Source: an uncultured beta proteobacterium (GTDB lineage Bacteria > Pseudomonadota > Gammaproteobacteria > Burkholderiales > Usitatibacteraceae). Taken from it: 64,000 nt of DNA. The translations under genes and the position numbers were made by a program. The DNA is taken from assembly GCA_963839265.1 (NCBI GenBank), contig CAWIUI010000008.1, positions 97,235 through 161,234 of the forward strand, written 5' to 3'. Below, in pieces: positions 1 to 10,214 of this stretch. Within the stretch, counting starts at the first letter, position 1; each line of letters opens with the position of its first letter. The notes beneath the pieces are model-generated. The model was not told the DNA's origin. It worked only from the letters and a program-made list of their open reading frames with translations, and made no database searches.

Positions 1-555
1 CTGTCCAACGATCCCGGGCTGACCCTGTGGGCCAACTCCTCGGTCGGCGCGCAGTTCGGCGAGTTCGGCGACCGGGTGCACGAGGTGCGACACGGCGACG
101 CGCTGGATGTCGCCGGGTTCTCCGTGCATGTCTACGGCATCGATCATGCCCTGATCCACCCGGACATCCCGCTGGTCGTGAACACCGGGTTCCTGGTCGA
201 GGACGAGCTGTTCCACCCGGGCGACTCGTTCACCATCCCCGAAGATCCCGTCTCCACGCTGCTGCTCCCGATCAGCGCCCCATGGCTGAAGGCCGGGGAG
301 ATGATCGACTACTTCCGCGCGGTCGCGCCTGCCCGCGGCTACGCCATCCACGACGCGATCCTGAACGAAGCCGGGCTGGGCCTGATGACCCGGATGATGT
401 CCGTCGCCGCCGCCCCCACCGGCACCCCCGTCGCCCGGCTCGAACCCGGCACCACCCTGGAGCTGTTACCTGCCGCGATCACTGATACGAGATCATGGAG
501 GGCTCCGGGGTTCTTGCCATCGTCAGCCCCGGGCCCATCATCGGATGGTCCTTGA
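1..555 (+). CDS. MBL-fold metallo-hydrolase, 5' truncated by the window edge
   Basis: Frame open from position 1; motifs HALIH, LFHPGDSF, P-SAPW and AIHDAILN are typical of actinobacterial beta-lactamase-fold hydrolases. Confidence 0.75.
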   Translation: MSNDPGLTLWANSSVGAQFGEFGDRVHEVRHGDALDVAGFSVHVYGIDHALIHPDIPLVVNTGFLVEDELFHPGDSFTIPEDPVSTLLLPISAPWLKAGEMIDYFRAVAPARGYAIHDAILNEAGLGLMTRMMSVAAAPTGTPVARLEPGTTLELLPAAITDTRSWRAPGFLPSSAPGPSSDGP

Positions 556-2032
556 CGTAGAAGTTCTTCCACCCGAAGTACACTCCCGCGGGAGCGGCCC
601 TGGTGACCGTCTCCCAGGTCTGCTGCTTGACGGCCGGGGTGCCTTGCCCGTCCATATGAATGAGGATCGCCAGATCGTCGTGCTGGGTGTCGAGCTTCTG
701 CTCGCCGCTGATCATCGACAGGCTGAACTGGTGCAGCACGAGGAGCTTCTGGGGTAGCCGGTATTGCGCGGTCAGCCGGGCCAGCCACCCGATGACCGTG
801 TTGACCTCGCCGATGTTCACGCTGCCTATCTGCTGCAGCGGCCGCTGCCCCGGCTGCAGCTTCCATTCGGGGTCCAGAGCCAGCCCGACATCGGGCATTT
901 CGAGCAGCGTCTGGTATCTCCTGGCCTGGGCGAGCAGGCTGGCCCGGCCCGGCTGCAGGTCCAAGATGACGTACATGCCGGCCGCCGTCGCCTGGCGGAC
1001 CCACGGACGCAGGGAGGCGACGGGGGACTGGTAGGAGTAGTCGCCGTCCCAGCCCGGGCGTGCCTGGGCGACGGTGGCGATGATCTCGAAGGCAGGTATG
1101 ACCGGGGTCCTGCTCAGCGACCAGTAGGCCGCGGCCACCTTCCTGGCCCGCACGATGCTCGCTGGCAGGTCCTGTTGCCCAAGGGCGCCAAGCCCAGGAA
1201 CACCGGGGTGACCGTACAGGGCGACCAGCCGGCGCATCGGGAACAGGATCTGGCCACCGCCCGGCAGCTGTACTCCGGTCTCTGCGACGGCGACCCGGGA
1301 GGCCAGCCGGGCTGCTGGCCCGAAACCGGCCCCGATAGCGAGTACCTGGCGGGGCCGGGCGGCTGAGAGCGCGGCGATAGCGGCTGGGTCGGCGCGTGGG
1401 TCGGCGCCGCGGACGGTGATCACCCGCACCCCCGCGACCCGCGCGGTGGTGACCGCGGCCAGCGTCGCTGCATCGTCGTGGCCGGCCGGCACCAGCAGCG
1501 CCAGGTGGTCCAGGGGCGTCGGTGTCTTCGTCGCGGGCAGCACCGCCGGGTTGGTTACCACGCGGATGCCCGGCAGCTGAGCCGCGAGCGCACTCCTGGG
1601 TACCCCGACCGGGAGCACGGCCTGCGGGTCCAGCGTTCTGATCTCGGCCCGCACCGCGGCGCTGACCACGGCCGCCGGGCAGGCCGTCGGCGCTGCGGCC
1701 AGCAGCAGGGGCGCGTGCGCCCGCATGGCCAATCTGGCGGCAGACGGCAGATCGGCCGGCTGGCTGGGGCTGGCCACCACCACCACCGGCGCGGACGCGA
1801 ACAATCTGTGTGCCGTGTCCTCGGCGATCACATCCGGGCCACCGGTCAGCACCGACGTCGCCGGTGCCAGCAGGCGGGCACGCGCTGCCAGCGGTACCGG
1901 AGCTGGCGGATCATGCGAGACAGCGCCAGTACAGGCCGTCGTGCCGGCCGCAACGGCGGCAAGCACCATGAGCTCTGCTCCGGCACGGCCTCTATCGATC
2001 CGCAGACGCAGCCTGCGGCATCTACGCAGCAT
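479..2032 (-). CDS. Putative secreted lipoprotein with cell-wall-binding-like N-terminus and conserved C-terminal domain
   Basis: Arg-rich N-terminus, hydrophobic stretch and TTAC lipobox-like Cys; C-terminal YGHPG, ILDLQPGR and LALDPEW motifs. Confidence 0.6.
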   Translation of the reverse strand: MLRRCRRLRLRIDRGRAGAELMVLAAVAAGTTACTGAVSHDPPAPVPLAARARLLAPATSVLTGGPDVIAEDTAHRLFASAPVVVVASPSQPADLPSAARLAMRAHAPLLLAAAPTACPAAVVSAAVRAEIRTLDPQAVLPVGVPRSALAAQLPGIRVVTNPAVLPATKTPTPLDHLALLVPAGHDDAATLAAVTTARVAGVRVITVRGADPRADPAAIAALSAARPRQVLAIGAGFGPAARLASRVAVAETGVQLPGGGQILFPMRRLVALYGHPGVPGLGALGQQDLPASIVRARKVAAAYWSLSRTPVIPAFEIIATVAQARPGWDGDYSYQSPVASLRPWVRQATAAGMYVILDLQPGRASLLAQARRYQTLLEMPDVGLALDPEWKLQPGQRPLQQIGSVNIGEVNTVIGWLARLTAQYRLPQKLLVLHQFSLSMISGEQKLDTQHDDLAILIHMDGQGTPAVKQQTWETVTRAAPAGVYFGWKNFYVKDHPMMGPGLTMARTPEPSMISYQ

Positions 2033-2172
2033 GAGCGCAGCCCATCCGTCACAAACGGAACACGGTCAGCTGACCATGGTAGCCATCTCGCCCTGAAACG
2101 CTGGGTAGGCTCGCCCGGAAACACTGGATAGATCAGCGCGGCAAGCCAGCCGTCCGGCGCCCCAGTCTAGGC

Positions 2173-2541
2173 TCAGTCGCGATCCCAGGGGGCCTCTTCG
2201 CCCATCTTGGCGTAGTACTTGGCGAGGTGGCTCTTCACCCGGTCGATGTCCTTGCGCGGGAGGTCGGCTCCGCCGCGGGCGCCTCGCATGATGTTGCCAG
2301 CGGCCATGATGCCGCGCGGCACGGCAGCTATCTTCCCGCCGATGACGTCGGCGATGAGCAGCTTGTAGGCGGTGAAGTTGTCCTTGTTCTCGCTGTCGTA
2401 CCAGAGGTGGGCGTCGCGGTACTTCTCGTTGGGCTCATCCTCGGCGCCGGCCCACCTGCGGACCCGCTTCTCCGCAGCAGCGCCATTCCACTCACGATCC
2501 CGGTCGGCGAGCGGGTAGTCCTGAAACGCTGAGACAGCCAT
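2173..2541 (-). CDS. Conserved actinobacterial hypothetical protein
   Basis: 122 aa ORF with GGGAGG RBS and normal amino-acid composition (YKLLIADV, GARGG, YYAKMG--APW). Confidence 0.7.
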   Translation of the reverse strand: MAVSAFQDYPLADRDREWNGAAAEKRVRRWAGAEDEPNEKYRDAHLWYDSENKDNFTAYKLLIADVIGGKIAAVPRGIMAAGNIMRGARGGADLPRKDIDRVKSHLAKYYAKMGEEAPWDRD

Positions 2542-2650
2542 ATCGAGGGCCTCCCTTCCTGTCGGTCCGCGGCCTCTACCCGCCGCCGCGGTGCCTACAC
2601 GAAGAAATCGCCGCGCCGCGCCGCCCGGGCAGGAGCCGAAACCACCAGCT

Positions 2651-3077
2651 TCAGCGCAGCTCGTTCGGCTTCACGGTTGTGATGAGTTCGTCGGCGGCCT
2701 GCGATCCGGCGAGGTCGGGGCCGGGGTCAGCGAGCGCGCCGGGGCCGGGGTCAGCGAGGGCGCCAGGGGCGGGGTCGGCTAGGGCGGCGGGAGTGCGGGC
2801 CGGGACCGGCCGGGCGGTCAGCAGCACGGCGGAAAACGGCCCCCGCGGCGGCGAAGAACGCGATGACCAGGATCAGGCCGTGCCGGTACGCCGCCACCGG
2901 ATCAGCCCGCGACACGCGGGACAAGATGGCCACCAGCCCGGCCACGCCGAGCACGGTGCCGACCTGCCGTGCCGTGTTCAGGATGCTGCTGCCGGTGCCG
3001 AACCTTCCCGGTGTCAGCGACGCGCTCCCCGCGCCGAGCAGTGACGGAATCGTCAGTCCCACCCCGGCGCCGCCTAG
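2651..3077 (-). pseudogene. MFS transporter fragment 4 (C-terminus)
   Basis: LGGAGVGLTIPSLLGAG...LNTARQVGTVLGVA; extra T near 2830 shifts frame; three 24-bp repeats encoding ALADP(A/G)P(G/D) near 2712-2783. Confidence 0.85.
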
Positions 3078-3203
3078 CCCGAGCTTGCCGTAACTGTCTG
3101 TACATCTAGCAGGCTTGACCTGCGGGAACCGGGCCCGATGCATGACTGATTGTAGCCACTAAATATAGTGGACATCGGTACGCTGACCTGCGATGATCAG
3201 CGT

Positions 3204-4991
3204 ATGGCGAGTACACGGCATTCGGGGATGTACGTCGAGAGCCCGTCGCGGACCTACCGGGCCAAGGACGGCAGCACGCGGACCTACCGCACCCATTTGC
3301 TGCGCCGCTCGTTCCGCGAGGGCGGGAAAGTGAAGAAAGAAACGCTGGCGAATCTGTCCGCGCTTCCCGACAGCGCGATCGCGGCGCTGAAGGCGTCGCT
3401 GTCCGGCTCGATACTGGCGGACGCGGGCGATATGTTCGAAATCGAGCGGTCATTGCCGCACGGGCATGTCGCTGCGGCGCACGTGATGGCGTCACGGCTG
3501 GGGCTGAAAAACCTGCTCGGCCCCGATTGTTTTGAGCGGGACCTGGCGTACGGGCTGATAATCGCCCGGGCGGTCGCGCCGGCCTCCAAGCTGGCCACCA
3601 CCCGCTGGTGGGCGGACACTACGCTGGGCGTGGACCTGGGTGTGGAGAATGCCGGCACCGACGAGGTGCATGCGGCTATGGACTGGCTGCTATCCCGCCA
3701 GGACGCGATCGAAAAGAAACTGGCGGCCCGGCACCTGGAGCCCGGCGGGCTGGCATTGTTCGATTTGCCGTCGGCGTGGCTGGAAGGGCATAGCTGCCCG
3801 CTGGGGGCTTTCGGGCATTCCCGCGACGGCAAGAAGAACCGGGAGCAGATCGAGTTCGGCATGGTGACCAGCCGGGCCGGGATCCCGGTCGCGGTCCGGG
3901 TATTCGCCGGGAACACCTCCGATTCGGTGGCGTTCGGGGAAATCATCCCGGTCGCGCGCGACAAATTCGGGCTCGGTGAGGTCATCTTGGTCGGCGACCG
4001 CGGCTCGGTCACCCAGGTGCGGATCCGCCAGCTGAAGGCGCTGCCCGGCGCGGGCTGGATCACGGCCCTGCGCGCCCCCTCCATCGCGGCCCTGGCCCGC
4101 GACGACGGGCCGCTGCAGATGTCGCTGTTCGATGACCAGAACTTCGCCGAGATCACCGACTCCAGATATCCCGGGGAGCGGCTGATCTGCTGCCGCAACC
4201 CAGCGCTGGCCGCCCAGCGCGCCGCCAAGCGCGAATCCCTGCTGGCCGCCACCGAAAAAGAACTGGACATAATCAGGGCATCGGTGCAGGCGGGCCGGCT
4301 GAAAGGCGCCGATAAGATCGGGGTGAAGGTCGGCAAGGTCATCAACAAGCGCAAGGTCGGCAAGCACTTCATCACCGATATCGCGGACGGGCGCCTTTCC
4401 TGGCGGCGGGATGACGAGAAAATCGTCGCGGAGGCGGAGCTGGACGGGATCTACGTCATCCGCACCTCCGCCGCGGAGGAAAAGCTCGGCGCCGCCGAGA
4501 CCGTTGAAGCATACAAAGATCTCGGGAACCTGGAACGCGATTTCTGGTCGATGAAAGCCGAGGACATCGACCTGCGGCCGATTTACCACTACCTGGAAAA
4601 CCGGGTCCGGGCGCACGTGTTGTTGTGCATGCTCGCCACCTACCTCACCTGGCACCTGCGCCAGGCGCTCGCCCCGCTCACTTTCACCGACAACAGAAAG
4701 CCCCGCCGCGAAGACCCTGTTTCCCCGGCCCGCAGGTCCGCCACGGCAACGGCGAAAGACACCGCGAAAATCACCCCGGATAAGCTGCCCGTCCGCGGCT
4801 ACCACGAACTAATCAGCCATCTGGCCACCCTGACCAGGAACACCGTCAGCTTCAACGGGCGGCGCCTGGAAAAACTCTCCACACCGACCCCGGAACAGCG
4901 CCGCGTATTCGAGCTGCTCGGCAAGCCGATCCCGGAGGGTTATCAAAAACTCTCCAGCGCGGGCTTTCGCGGATCTCCATCTAATTGTTAG
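3204..4991 (+). CDS. IS1634-family transposase (native C-terminus displaced to 5882-5902)
   Basis: LFDLPSAWLEG, GHSRDGK, VGDRG and ERDFWSMK motifs; removing the nested IS gives the end KPIPLRLDAA*. Confidence 0.9.
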   Translation: MASTRHSGMYVESPSRTYRAKDGSTRTYRTHLLRRSFREGGKVKKETLANLSALPDSAIAALKASLSGSILADAGDMFEIERSLPHGHVAAAHVMASRLGLKNLLGPDCFERDLAYGLIIARAVAPASKLATTRWWADTTLGVDLGVENAGTDEVHAAMDWLLSRQDAIEKKLAARHLEPGGLALFDLPSAWLEGHSCPLGAFGHSRDGKKNREQIEFGMVTSRAGIPVAVRVFAGNTSDSVAFGEIIPVARDKFGLGEVILVGDRGSVTQVRIRQLKALPGAGWITALRAPSIAALARDDGPLQMSLFDDQNFAEITDSRYPGERLICCRNPALAAQRAAKRESLLAATEKELDIIRASVQAGRLKGADKIGVKVGKVINKRKVGKHFITDIADGRLSWRRDDEKIVAEAELDGIYVIRTSAAEEKLGAAETVEAYKDLGNLERDFWSMKAEDIDLRPIYHYLENRVRAHVLLCMLATYLTWHLRQALAPLTFTDNRKPRREDPVSPARRSATATAKDTAKITPDKLPVRGYHELISHLATLTRNTVSFNGRRLEKLSTPTPEQRRVFELLGKPIPEGYQKLSSAGFRGSPSNC

Positions 4992-5878
4992 TAAAGTTCT
5001 AATTTCGGCACGGCGCGCCTAAAAGGCAACGGCTCCCCGCGTCGGTAGAAAGAAGGTGCGAACCGAATCATTTTACTGATGGAGGAGCCGTTGCGTTACC
5101 ATCGTACCTTCGGACTCGATGCCGGACAACTCGATGAACTCGAGGCGCGTATCGAAGATATCCTGTCCGAGCCCTGGGATAAGGGAATCGGGCGGCCGAA
5201 GAGCCTCTCGCTGCGGGAAGCGATCATGGTAACGCTGCTCTACAAGCGGCAGCATATGATCGAAGAAGTCATTGCCGATCTTTTCGGCGTCTCCCAGGGC
5301 ACCGTCTCGGACATCATCACAGAATTCACCCCGCTGATCGCTCAGGCTACCGAAGAGTTCCGGCCGGACCTGGAGGAGGCGAAGCAGATGACCCGCGGTC
5401 GGCTGGCGCTGGTAGACGGCACGTTGTGGCCATGCTGGTCATGGGAGCGCGCCCCCGAGATGTGGGCCGGGAAATATAAGACTACCGGCCATGGCAGCCT
5501 GATTATCAGCGACGAATTCGGGAACATAATCTTCGTCTCGGTCCCGGCACCCGGATGTGACCATGACATGAAGAAGCTGGAAGGCGAGGTGAAGGAGATT
5601 CTCGACCTTGCCGGAGCGGTTATCGCAGACAAGGGATTTCAAGGATCCGGCTACGTCACGCCGGCGAAGAAGCCACAGGACCGTGAACTCTACATGCGTG
5701 AACATGAATACAATAACCAGGTCAGTTCTATCCGCGCTCCCATCGAGCGCGCGGTTGCGCACCTCAAGACCTGGAAAGTCCTTTTCACCGATTATCGGCG
5801 GCCACTTAACACGTTTCTTGATTCCTTCCGCGCAGCCATTGGCCTATATTTCTTCGAATTGAGTTTTCAATAATCCTC
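4935..5878 (+). mobile_element. IS5-family (ISL2-like) insertion sequence
   Basis: IRs GAGGGTTATCAAAAACTC / GAGGATTATTGAAAACTC; 3-bp TSD CCG (4932-4934, 5879-5881). Confidence 0.9.
5079..5873 (+). CDS. DDE transposase (HTH_Tnp_4 + DDE_Tnp_4-like)
   Basis: LVDGTL, ADKGFQG and RAPIERAVAHLKTWK motifs. Confidence 0.9.
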   Translation: MEEPLRYHRTFGLDAGQLDELEARIEDILSEPWDKGIGRPKSLSLREAIMVTLLYKRQHMIEEVIADLFGVSQGTVSDIITEFTPLIAQATEEFRPDLEEAKQMTRGRLALVDGTLWPCWSWERAPEMWAGKYKTTGHGSLIISDEFGNIIFVSVPAPGCDHDMKKLEGEVKEILDLAGAVIADKGFQGSGYVTPAKKPQDRELYMREHEYNNQVSSIRAPIERAVAHLKTWKVLFTDYRRPLNTFLDSFRAAIGLYFFELSFQ

Positions 5879-6003
5879 CCGCTCCGCCTCGACGCAGCGT
5901 AACCAGCGTAGCCACGAACGGAGGTCCCCGCCAGGCCCAACCAGACGGCAAAACCCCAGGTCAGCACCCACAATTCCCTAGTAGAAGATCACGTAAGGAC
6001 GGC

Positions 6004-6339
6004 CTAGCAGCTGAGCCGGCAGCAGGTGGGTGAGGTAGGCCGGCTGGGCCTGGATCTGGGCCAGCCACAGCAGCTGAGCGGCGGCGTTGACGGCGCAGCC
6101 GATCACCGCGACCCGGCCGGGGCCGCCGAGCCGGGCGGCCAGGCGCGGCGCGACGATGCGGGCGAACGGCAGCACCATCAGCGGCCCGGGCGCGATGGCC
6201 AGGCCGGCCAGCACGGCGGAGTAGTGCCACACGCCGGTGAGGAACTCGACCGCGCTGAGCACGAAGGCGCCGAACCCGGCGTAGTACAAGATCGAGGCGC
6301 CGAACGCGCCGCTAAAAGAACGGGACCGGAGCAGCTCAA
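6004..6339 (-). pseudogene. MFS transporter fragment 3
   Basis: LLRSRSFSGAFGASILYYAGFGAFVL...LLPAQLLG; joins fragments 2 and 4 in frame once the ISs are removed. Confidence 0.9.
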
Positions 6340-6377
6340 CTGACGTTCCGCACTTCTCGGTTGGGTTTTCCCGGTAA

Positions 6378-6743
6378 TTAGCGGGCTGGCTTCTGGTGTT
6401 CTGGCAAGGTGGCCAGGATTAGGTCGCGGGCCTTGTCGCTGACTTGCTGCATCTGGGCGAGCAGGTCGCCGAGCGCGCGGCCGTTGCCGATCCATTCGGC
6501 GTAGAGGGCGGCCTGGGCTGCGCTGAGGCGGCGGGTGACGGTCTTCCCGCTGACCTTCCGGGTGTACTGCCAGTAGGGGCCGTGGCGCCTGGCGGGGTCG
6601 GCGTGGCATGAGCAGCCGGCCGTGCCGCATACGTTCCGGGTGCTCAGCACGGTGCCGGAGGCGGTGAACCCGATCTGTGCGATCTGGGCGGCGAGGTCGC
6701 GGTAGCGGGCACGCAGTTCGGCGAGGCCTGCTTCTTCGGTCAA
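6378..6743 (-). CDS. DUF6788-like IS-associated small protein
   Basis: CGTAGCSCH...HGPYWQYTRKV-GKTVTRRL motif; lies inside the IS, divergent from the transposase. Confidence 0.75.
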   Translation of the reverse strand: MTEEAGLAELRARYRDLAAQIAQIGFTASGTVLSTRNVCGTAGCSCHADPARRHGPYWQYTRKVSGKTVTRRLSAAQAALYAEWIGNGRALGDLLAQMQQVSDKARDLILATLPEHQKPAR

Positions 6744-6841
6744 GGATGTTCTCCCGTGTCGTGCGGCGTGCCGGCTGGCGCGCGCCTGCCGTAAGTATAG
6801 ATACTTACGGTAGATACCGGGCTACCGTCAAGGAGGTGGCG

Positions 6842-8558
6842 ATGGACACGCCGGCGTTCACGCTGACCACCCAGCGTCTCGGCGCCCTGCCGCTGATCGG
6901 CTGCTTCGCGGCCCGGATGGGCCTGCCCCGGCTGCTGGATACCTGGGTCCCGGCTGATGATGCCCGGCTGGCGCTGGACCCCGCGGTGGTGATCGCGGTG
7001 ATGATCGCGAACCTGGCAGTAGAGCACCGGCCGCTGTACGCCCTGCGCGAGTGGGCCGCCGCCTACGAGCCGGCCCTGCTGGGGCTGGCCGCGGGGGAGG
7101 CGGAACTGCTCAACGACGACCGGGCCGGCCGGATGCTGGACCGGTTGTTCCATGCTGACCGGGGCAGCCTGCTCACCGAGCTGATGACGGGCGTGATCAG
7201 CGAGTTCGCCATCGACTGCTCGCGGCTGCACAACGACTCCACCTCCGTCAGCGTGCACGGCGCCTACCAGAACGCCGGCGGCCAGGACGTGGCCGGCACC
7301 CCGGCGCCGGCGATCACGTGGGGGCACTCCAAGGATTACCGGCCGGACCTGAAGCAGCTGGTGTTCATCCTGACTGTGACCGGGGACCACGCCGTGCCGG
7401 TCATCTACCGGCTGGCGGACGGCAACACCAATGACGACCCGACCCACATCCCCACCTGGGACGCGCTGGTCAAGCTGACCGGCGGCCCCGGCTTCCTGTA
7501 CGTCGCGGACTGCAAGCTCGCCTCGGCGGAGGCGATGGGCCACATCGACCGGGGCGGCGGCCGGTTCATCACCGTGCTGCCGCGCAGCCGCAAGGAAGAC
7601 GCCGCGTTCCGCGCCTGGATGCAGGACCACCAGCCGGACTGGGCCGAAGCTCACCGCGCGCCCGGCCGGATCGGCGAGCCGGACCAGGTCTGGTCCGCCT
7701 GCCAGGCGCCGTGGCCCTCCGCGGAGGGATACCGCGTGGTGTGGATCCACGACAGCGGCAAGCAGCTCCGCGACGCCGCCGCCCGCGCCCGCAAGATCGA
7801 GAAGGGCGTGCAGGCGATCGAGGATGACCTGGCCGGGCGGCTGTCCTCCCCGCGCACCCGGCTGCGCACCGCCGCCGCGGTCCACGTCGCCGCCGAGGCC
7901 GCCCTCGCCGACGCCGGCGCGGCCCGCTGGGTCCGCTTCACCGTCACCAGCAAGACCCGGGAGTCGTTCCGGCAGGACGGGCCCGGCCGGGCCCGCCACC
8001 ACTTACCGGCGCATCGAGAAGCAGTCCTTCGCGGTCACCTGCGACATCGACCACGACCAGGTCAGCTACGACGCGGCCAGCGACGGCTGCTGGCCGCTGA
8101 TCACCAACGACCGCGACATGACCACGGCCGGCGTGCTCGCCGCCTACCGGTACCAGCCGAACCTCGAGCGGCGCCACCACCTGCTCAAAGGCATCCAGGA
8201 CGCCGCGCCGGTCTGGATCAAGACCATCCCGCGCATCGAGGCCATCTTCTTGTGCCACTTCATCGCGCTGCTGATCAGCGCCCTGATCGAACGGCAGATC
8301 CGGATGGCGATGAAGGCGGCCGAGATCGCGAGGATCCCCATCTATCCCGAGCTGCGCGGCTGCGCCGCGCCCACCGCCGACCGGATCTTCGAGATCTTCG
8401 CCCACGTCTCCCGGCACGAGCTCCGCGACACCGCCGGCAACCTCATCCAGGTCTTCGAACCCGAGCTCACCGAGCTGCAGCTGAAGATCCTGGACCTCCT
8501 CGGCATCCCCGCCACCATCTACAGCAGAGCCGCCGAACCCCGGCCCGCCGTCGGCTAA
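6842..8558 (+). pseudogene. IS1634-family transposase (DUF4277 N-terminus), frameshifted near 7990
   Basis: AGGAGG RBS; LGALPLI, HNDSTS, GHSKDYRPDLKQ, YVADCKL; C-terminal half (YRYQPNLERRHHLLK) continues in another frame. Confidence 0.85.
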
Positions 8559-8596
8559 TCCCGGAGATAACCCAACCGAGAAGTGCGGAAGGTCAG

Positions 8597-9307
8597 GCTC
8601 AAGCTCGATCACGGGGGAGATTTTGGGATGATGCCGCTTCGAGCGGATCACCATGATCGTGCCGCAGGCCAGGGAAGCAAGAAGCAGGCCGATGAAGCCG
8701 ACCGAGCCCCACCCCAGGCCGGCGCCTTGACCAGCGCCAGCGCGACCAGGCCAACGGCCGCGGCGAGCAGCCCCGCGCCGATCAGGTCAGGCCGGCCGCT
8801 GGCCCGCTCGTCCTTGCTCTCGGGCACCACCTTGACGGCCAGCACCATCGCGGCCACCCCGACCGGCAGGTTCACCCAGAACACCCAGCGCCAGTCGATC
8901 TGCACCAGGGTGCCGCCGATCACCGGGCCGAGCGCCGCGCCGAGCGCGCCCAGCGCCGACCAGGTGCCCAGGGCCTTCGGCCGGGCGTCCGGCGGGACCG
9001 CGGCGAGCAGCAGCGACAGCGACGCGGGCACCATCGCCCCAGCGCCGGCCGCCTGGACGACCCGGGCCGCGATCAGCGCGGCCACGCCCGGCGCCAGCCC
9101 GCACAGCAGCGACCCGACGCTGAACACGGCCAGCCCGGCCACGAAGAACCGGCGCCGCCCGATCCGGTCGGCCCACCGCCCGGCCGGCACAAGCACGGCG
9201 GCGAACACGATCGTGTAGGCGTTGAGCACCCAGGACAGCGAGCTCAGGCTGGTGCCCGGGTACTGCTTGCCGATGGCCGGGAAGGCCAGGTTGACGATGA
9301 AAAGGTC
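8597..9307 (-). pseudogene. MFS transporter fragment 2 (DHA2/EmrB-QacA N-terminal half)
   Basis: DLFIVNLAFP, WVLNAY, GRWADRIGRRR motif A, WRWVFWVNLPVG; 1-bp deletion near 8718. Confidence 0.9.
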
Positions 9308-9864
9308 TCTGTTATCACCGTCTGCTCACCGCAAGGAGAGCGCCGTGACCAGTAACGACGATGCGAACCGCGAGCCCTACGACGTGCACGCGAAGTTGGA
9401 GGACCAGACGGGCGTGCTGGCCGTGGCCCTGGCGCAGGGGGAATTGCGGGACGACACCATGCCGCAGCCCGAGGTCCGCCGGGCGGCATCCATCGGGGTG
9501 GATGCGATCGACACCATGCTCGCCGCACTGCACGCGATGCGGGCCCGGCTGGTATCGGAGATCCGCGCCACCGACGACGCCGCGCCGCGCGAGCGGATGC
9601 GATGACCAAGGCTAACGGCCTGGCGTCCCGCCGGACATAGTTCCCGTGCCCGCGCAGCGTGACCACCAGGCCGCGCTCGCGCAGCAGGCCGATCGCCTGC
9701 CGCAGCGTGTTGTACGCAATGTCATACTCCGCTGCCAGCTCGCGCTCCGGGGGCAGCCGGGAACCCGGCGCCAGCTCCCCGGCCCGCACCCGCGCGGTGA
9801 GGTGATCCGCGACCTGGACATAGGCGAGCTGCAGCGGGTCGCGCGTGAACGGCGGCACAGCCAT
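9244..9864 (-). CDS. GntR-family winged-helix regulator (domain in first ~80 aa; true 3' end uncertain)
   Basis: AYVQVADHL...GSRLPPERELAAEYDIAYNTLRQAIGLLRERGLVVTLRGHGNYV. Confidence 0.8.
   Translation of the reverse strand: MAVPPFTRDPLQLAYVQVADHLTARVRAGELAPGSRLPPERELAAEYDIAYNTLRQAIGLLRERGLVVTLRGHGNYVRRDARPLALVIASARAARRRRWRGSPIPAGPASRAVRRAWCRSHPPRWMPPGGPRAAAWCRPAIPPAPGPRPARPSGPPTSRARRRARGSHRRYWSRRSPCGEQTVITETFSSSTWPSRPSASSTRAPA
9293..9320 (-). other. Hybrid att site at left end of the integrated element (P arm + GA core + B' arm)
   Basis: Minus strand reads CGGTGATAACAGA-GA-CCTTTTCATCGTC; the right arm is MFS coding sequence. Confidence 0.85.
9345..9605 (+). CDS. Hypothetical protein
   Basis: AAGGAG RBS before GTG; 86 aa, helical character. 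Confidence 0.55.
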   Translation: MTSNDDANREPYDVHAKLEDQTGVLAVALAQGELRDDTMPQPEVRRAASIGVDAIDTMLAALHAMRARLVSEIRATDDAAPRERMR

Positions 9865-9959
9865 AACAAGCACGCTATCGGTCCACTGACCAGCAGGGAT
9901 ACCGCACAGGCTCCCGTGTGCCTTAGCAAGCTCGCTATAGCAGTCGTAGCATTAGGCAC

Positions 9960-10214
9960 ATGAACGGTGACTATGCAGCCGACCTGGCCAGCCTGCGCTA
10001 CCACTGGGGCAGCGCCTACCTCATCGAGCACCCCGAGCCCGACGTCTGGATCGCGGTCCGGCGGGATGACCACGCCACGCTGCGCGCGGACAGCCCGGAG
10101 GCCCTGCGCGAGAAGATCGTCGCCGACTACACCGCTCACCCGGTGAGCAGGTCGGTGGCCCCCGGTACGGACCGGCCGGAGACGCCGAGCTGCCGGTTCC
10201 TGCCCGAGGCCTGA
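9960..10214 (+). CDS. Small hypothetical protein divergent from gntR
   Basis: 84 aa, LRYHWGSAY...WIAVRRDD; plausible composition. Confidence 0.6.
   Translation: MNGDYAADLASLRYHWGSAYLIEHPEPDVWIAVRRDDHATLRADSPEALREKIVADYTAHPVSRSVAPGTDRPETPSCRFLPEA

Larger units (their letters stand above)
3078..6003 (+). mobile_element. IS1634-family insertion sequence carrying a nested IS
   Basis: Flanked by CTAG duplication (3074-3077, 6004-6007); removal restores MFS frame QLLGGAGV; terminal IRs are weak. Confidence 0.85.
6340..8596 (+). mobile_element. IS1634-like insertion sequence with passenger gene
   Basis: 28-bp IRs CTGAC(G/C)TTCCGCACTTCTCGGTTGGGTT; 6-bp TSD GCTCAA (6334-6339, 8597-8602). Confidence 0.9.

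Noticed and set aside
9291-9318. Hybrid promoter created by integration (TTGACG-16-TATCAC)
   Set aside because: The -10 box lacks the conserved final T; too weak to call without TSS data.
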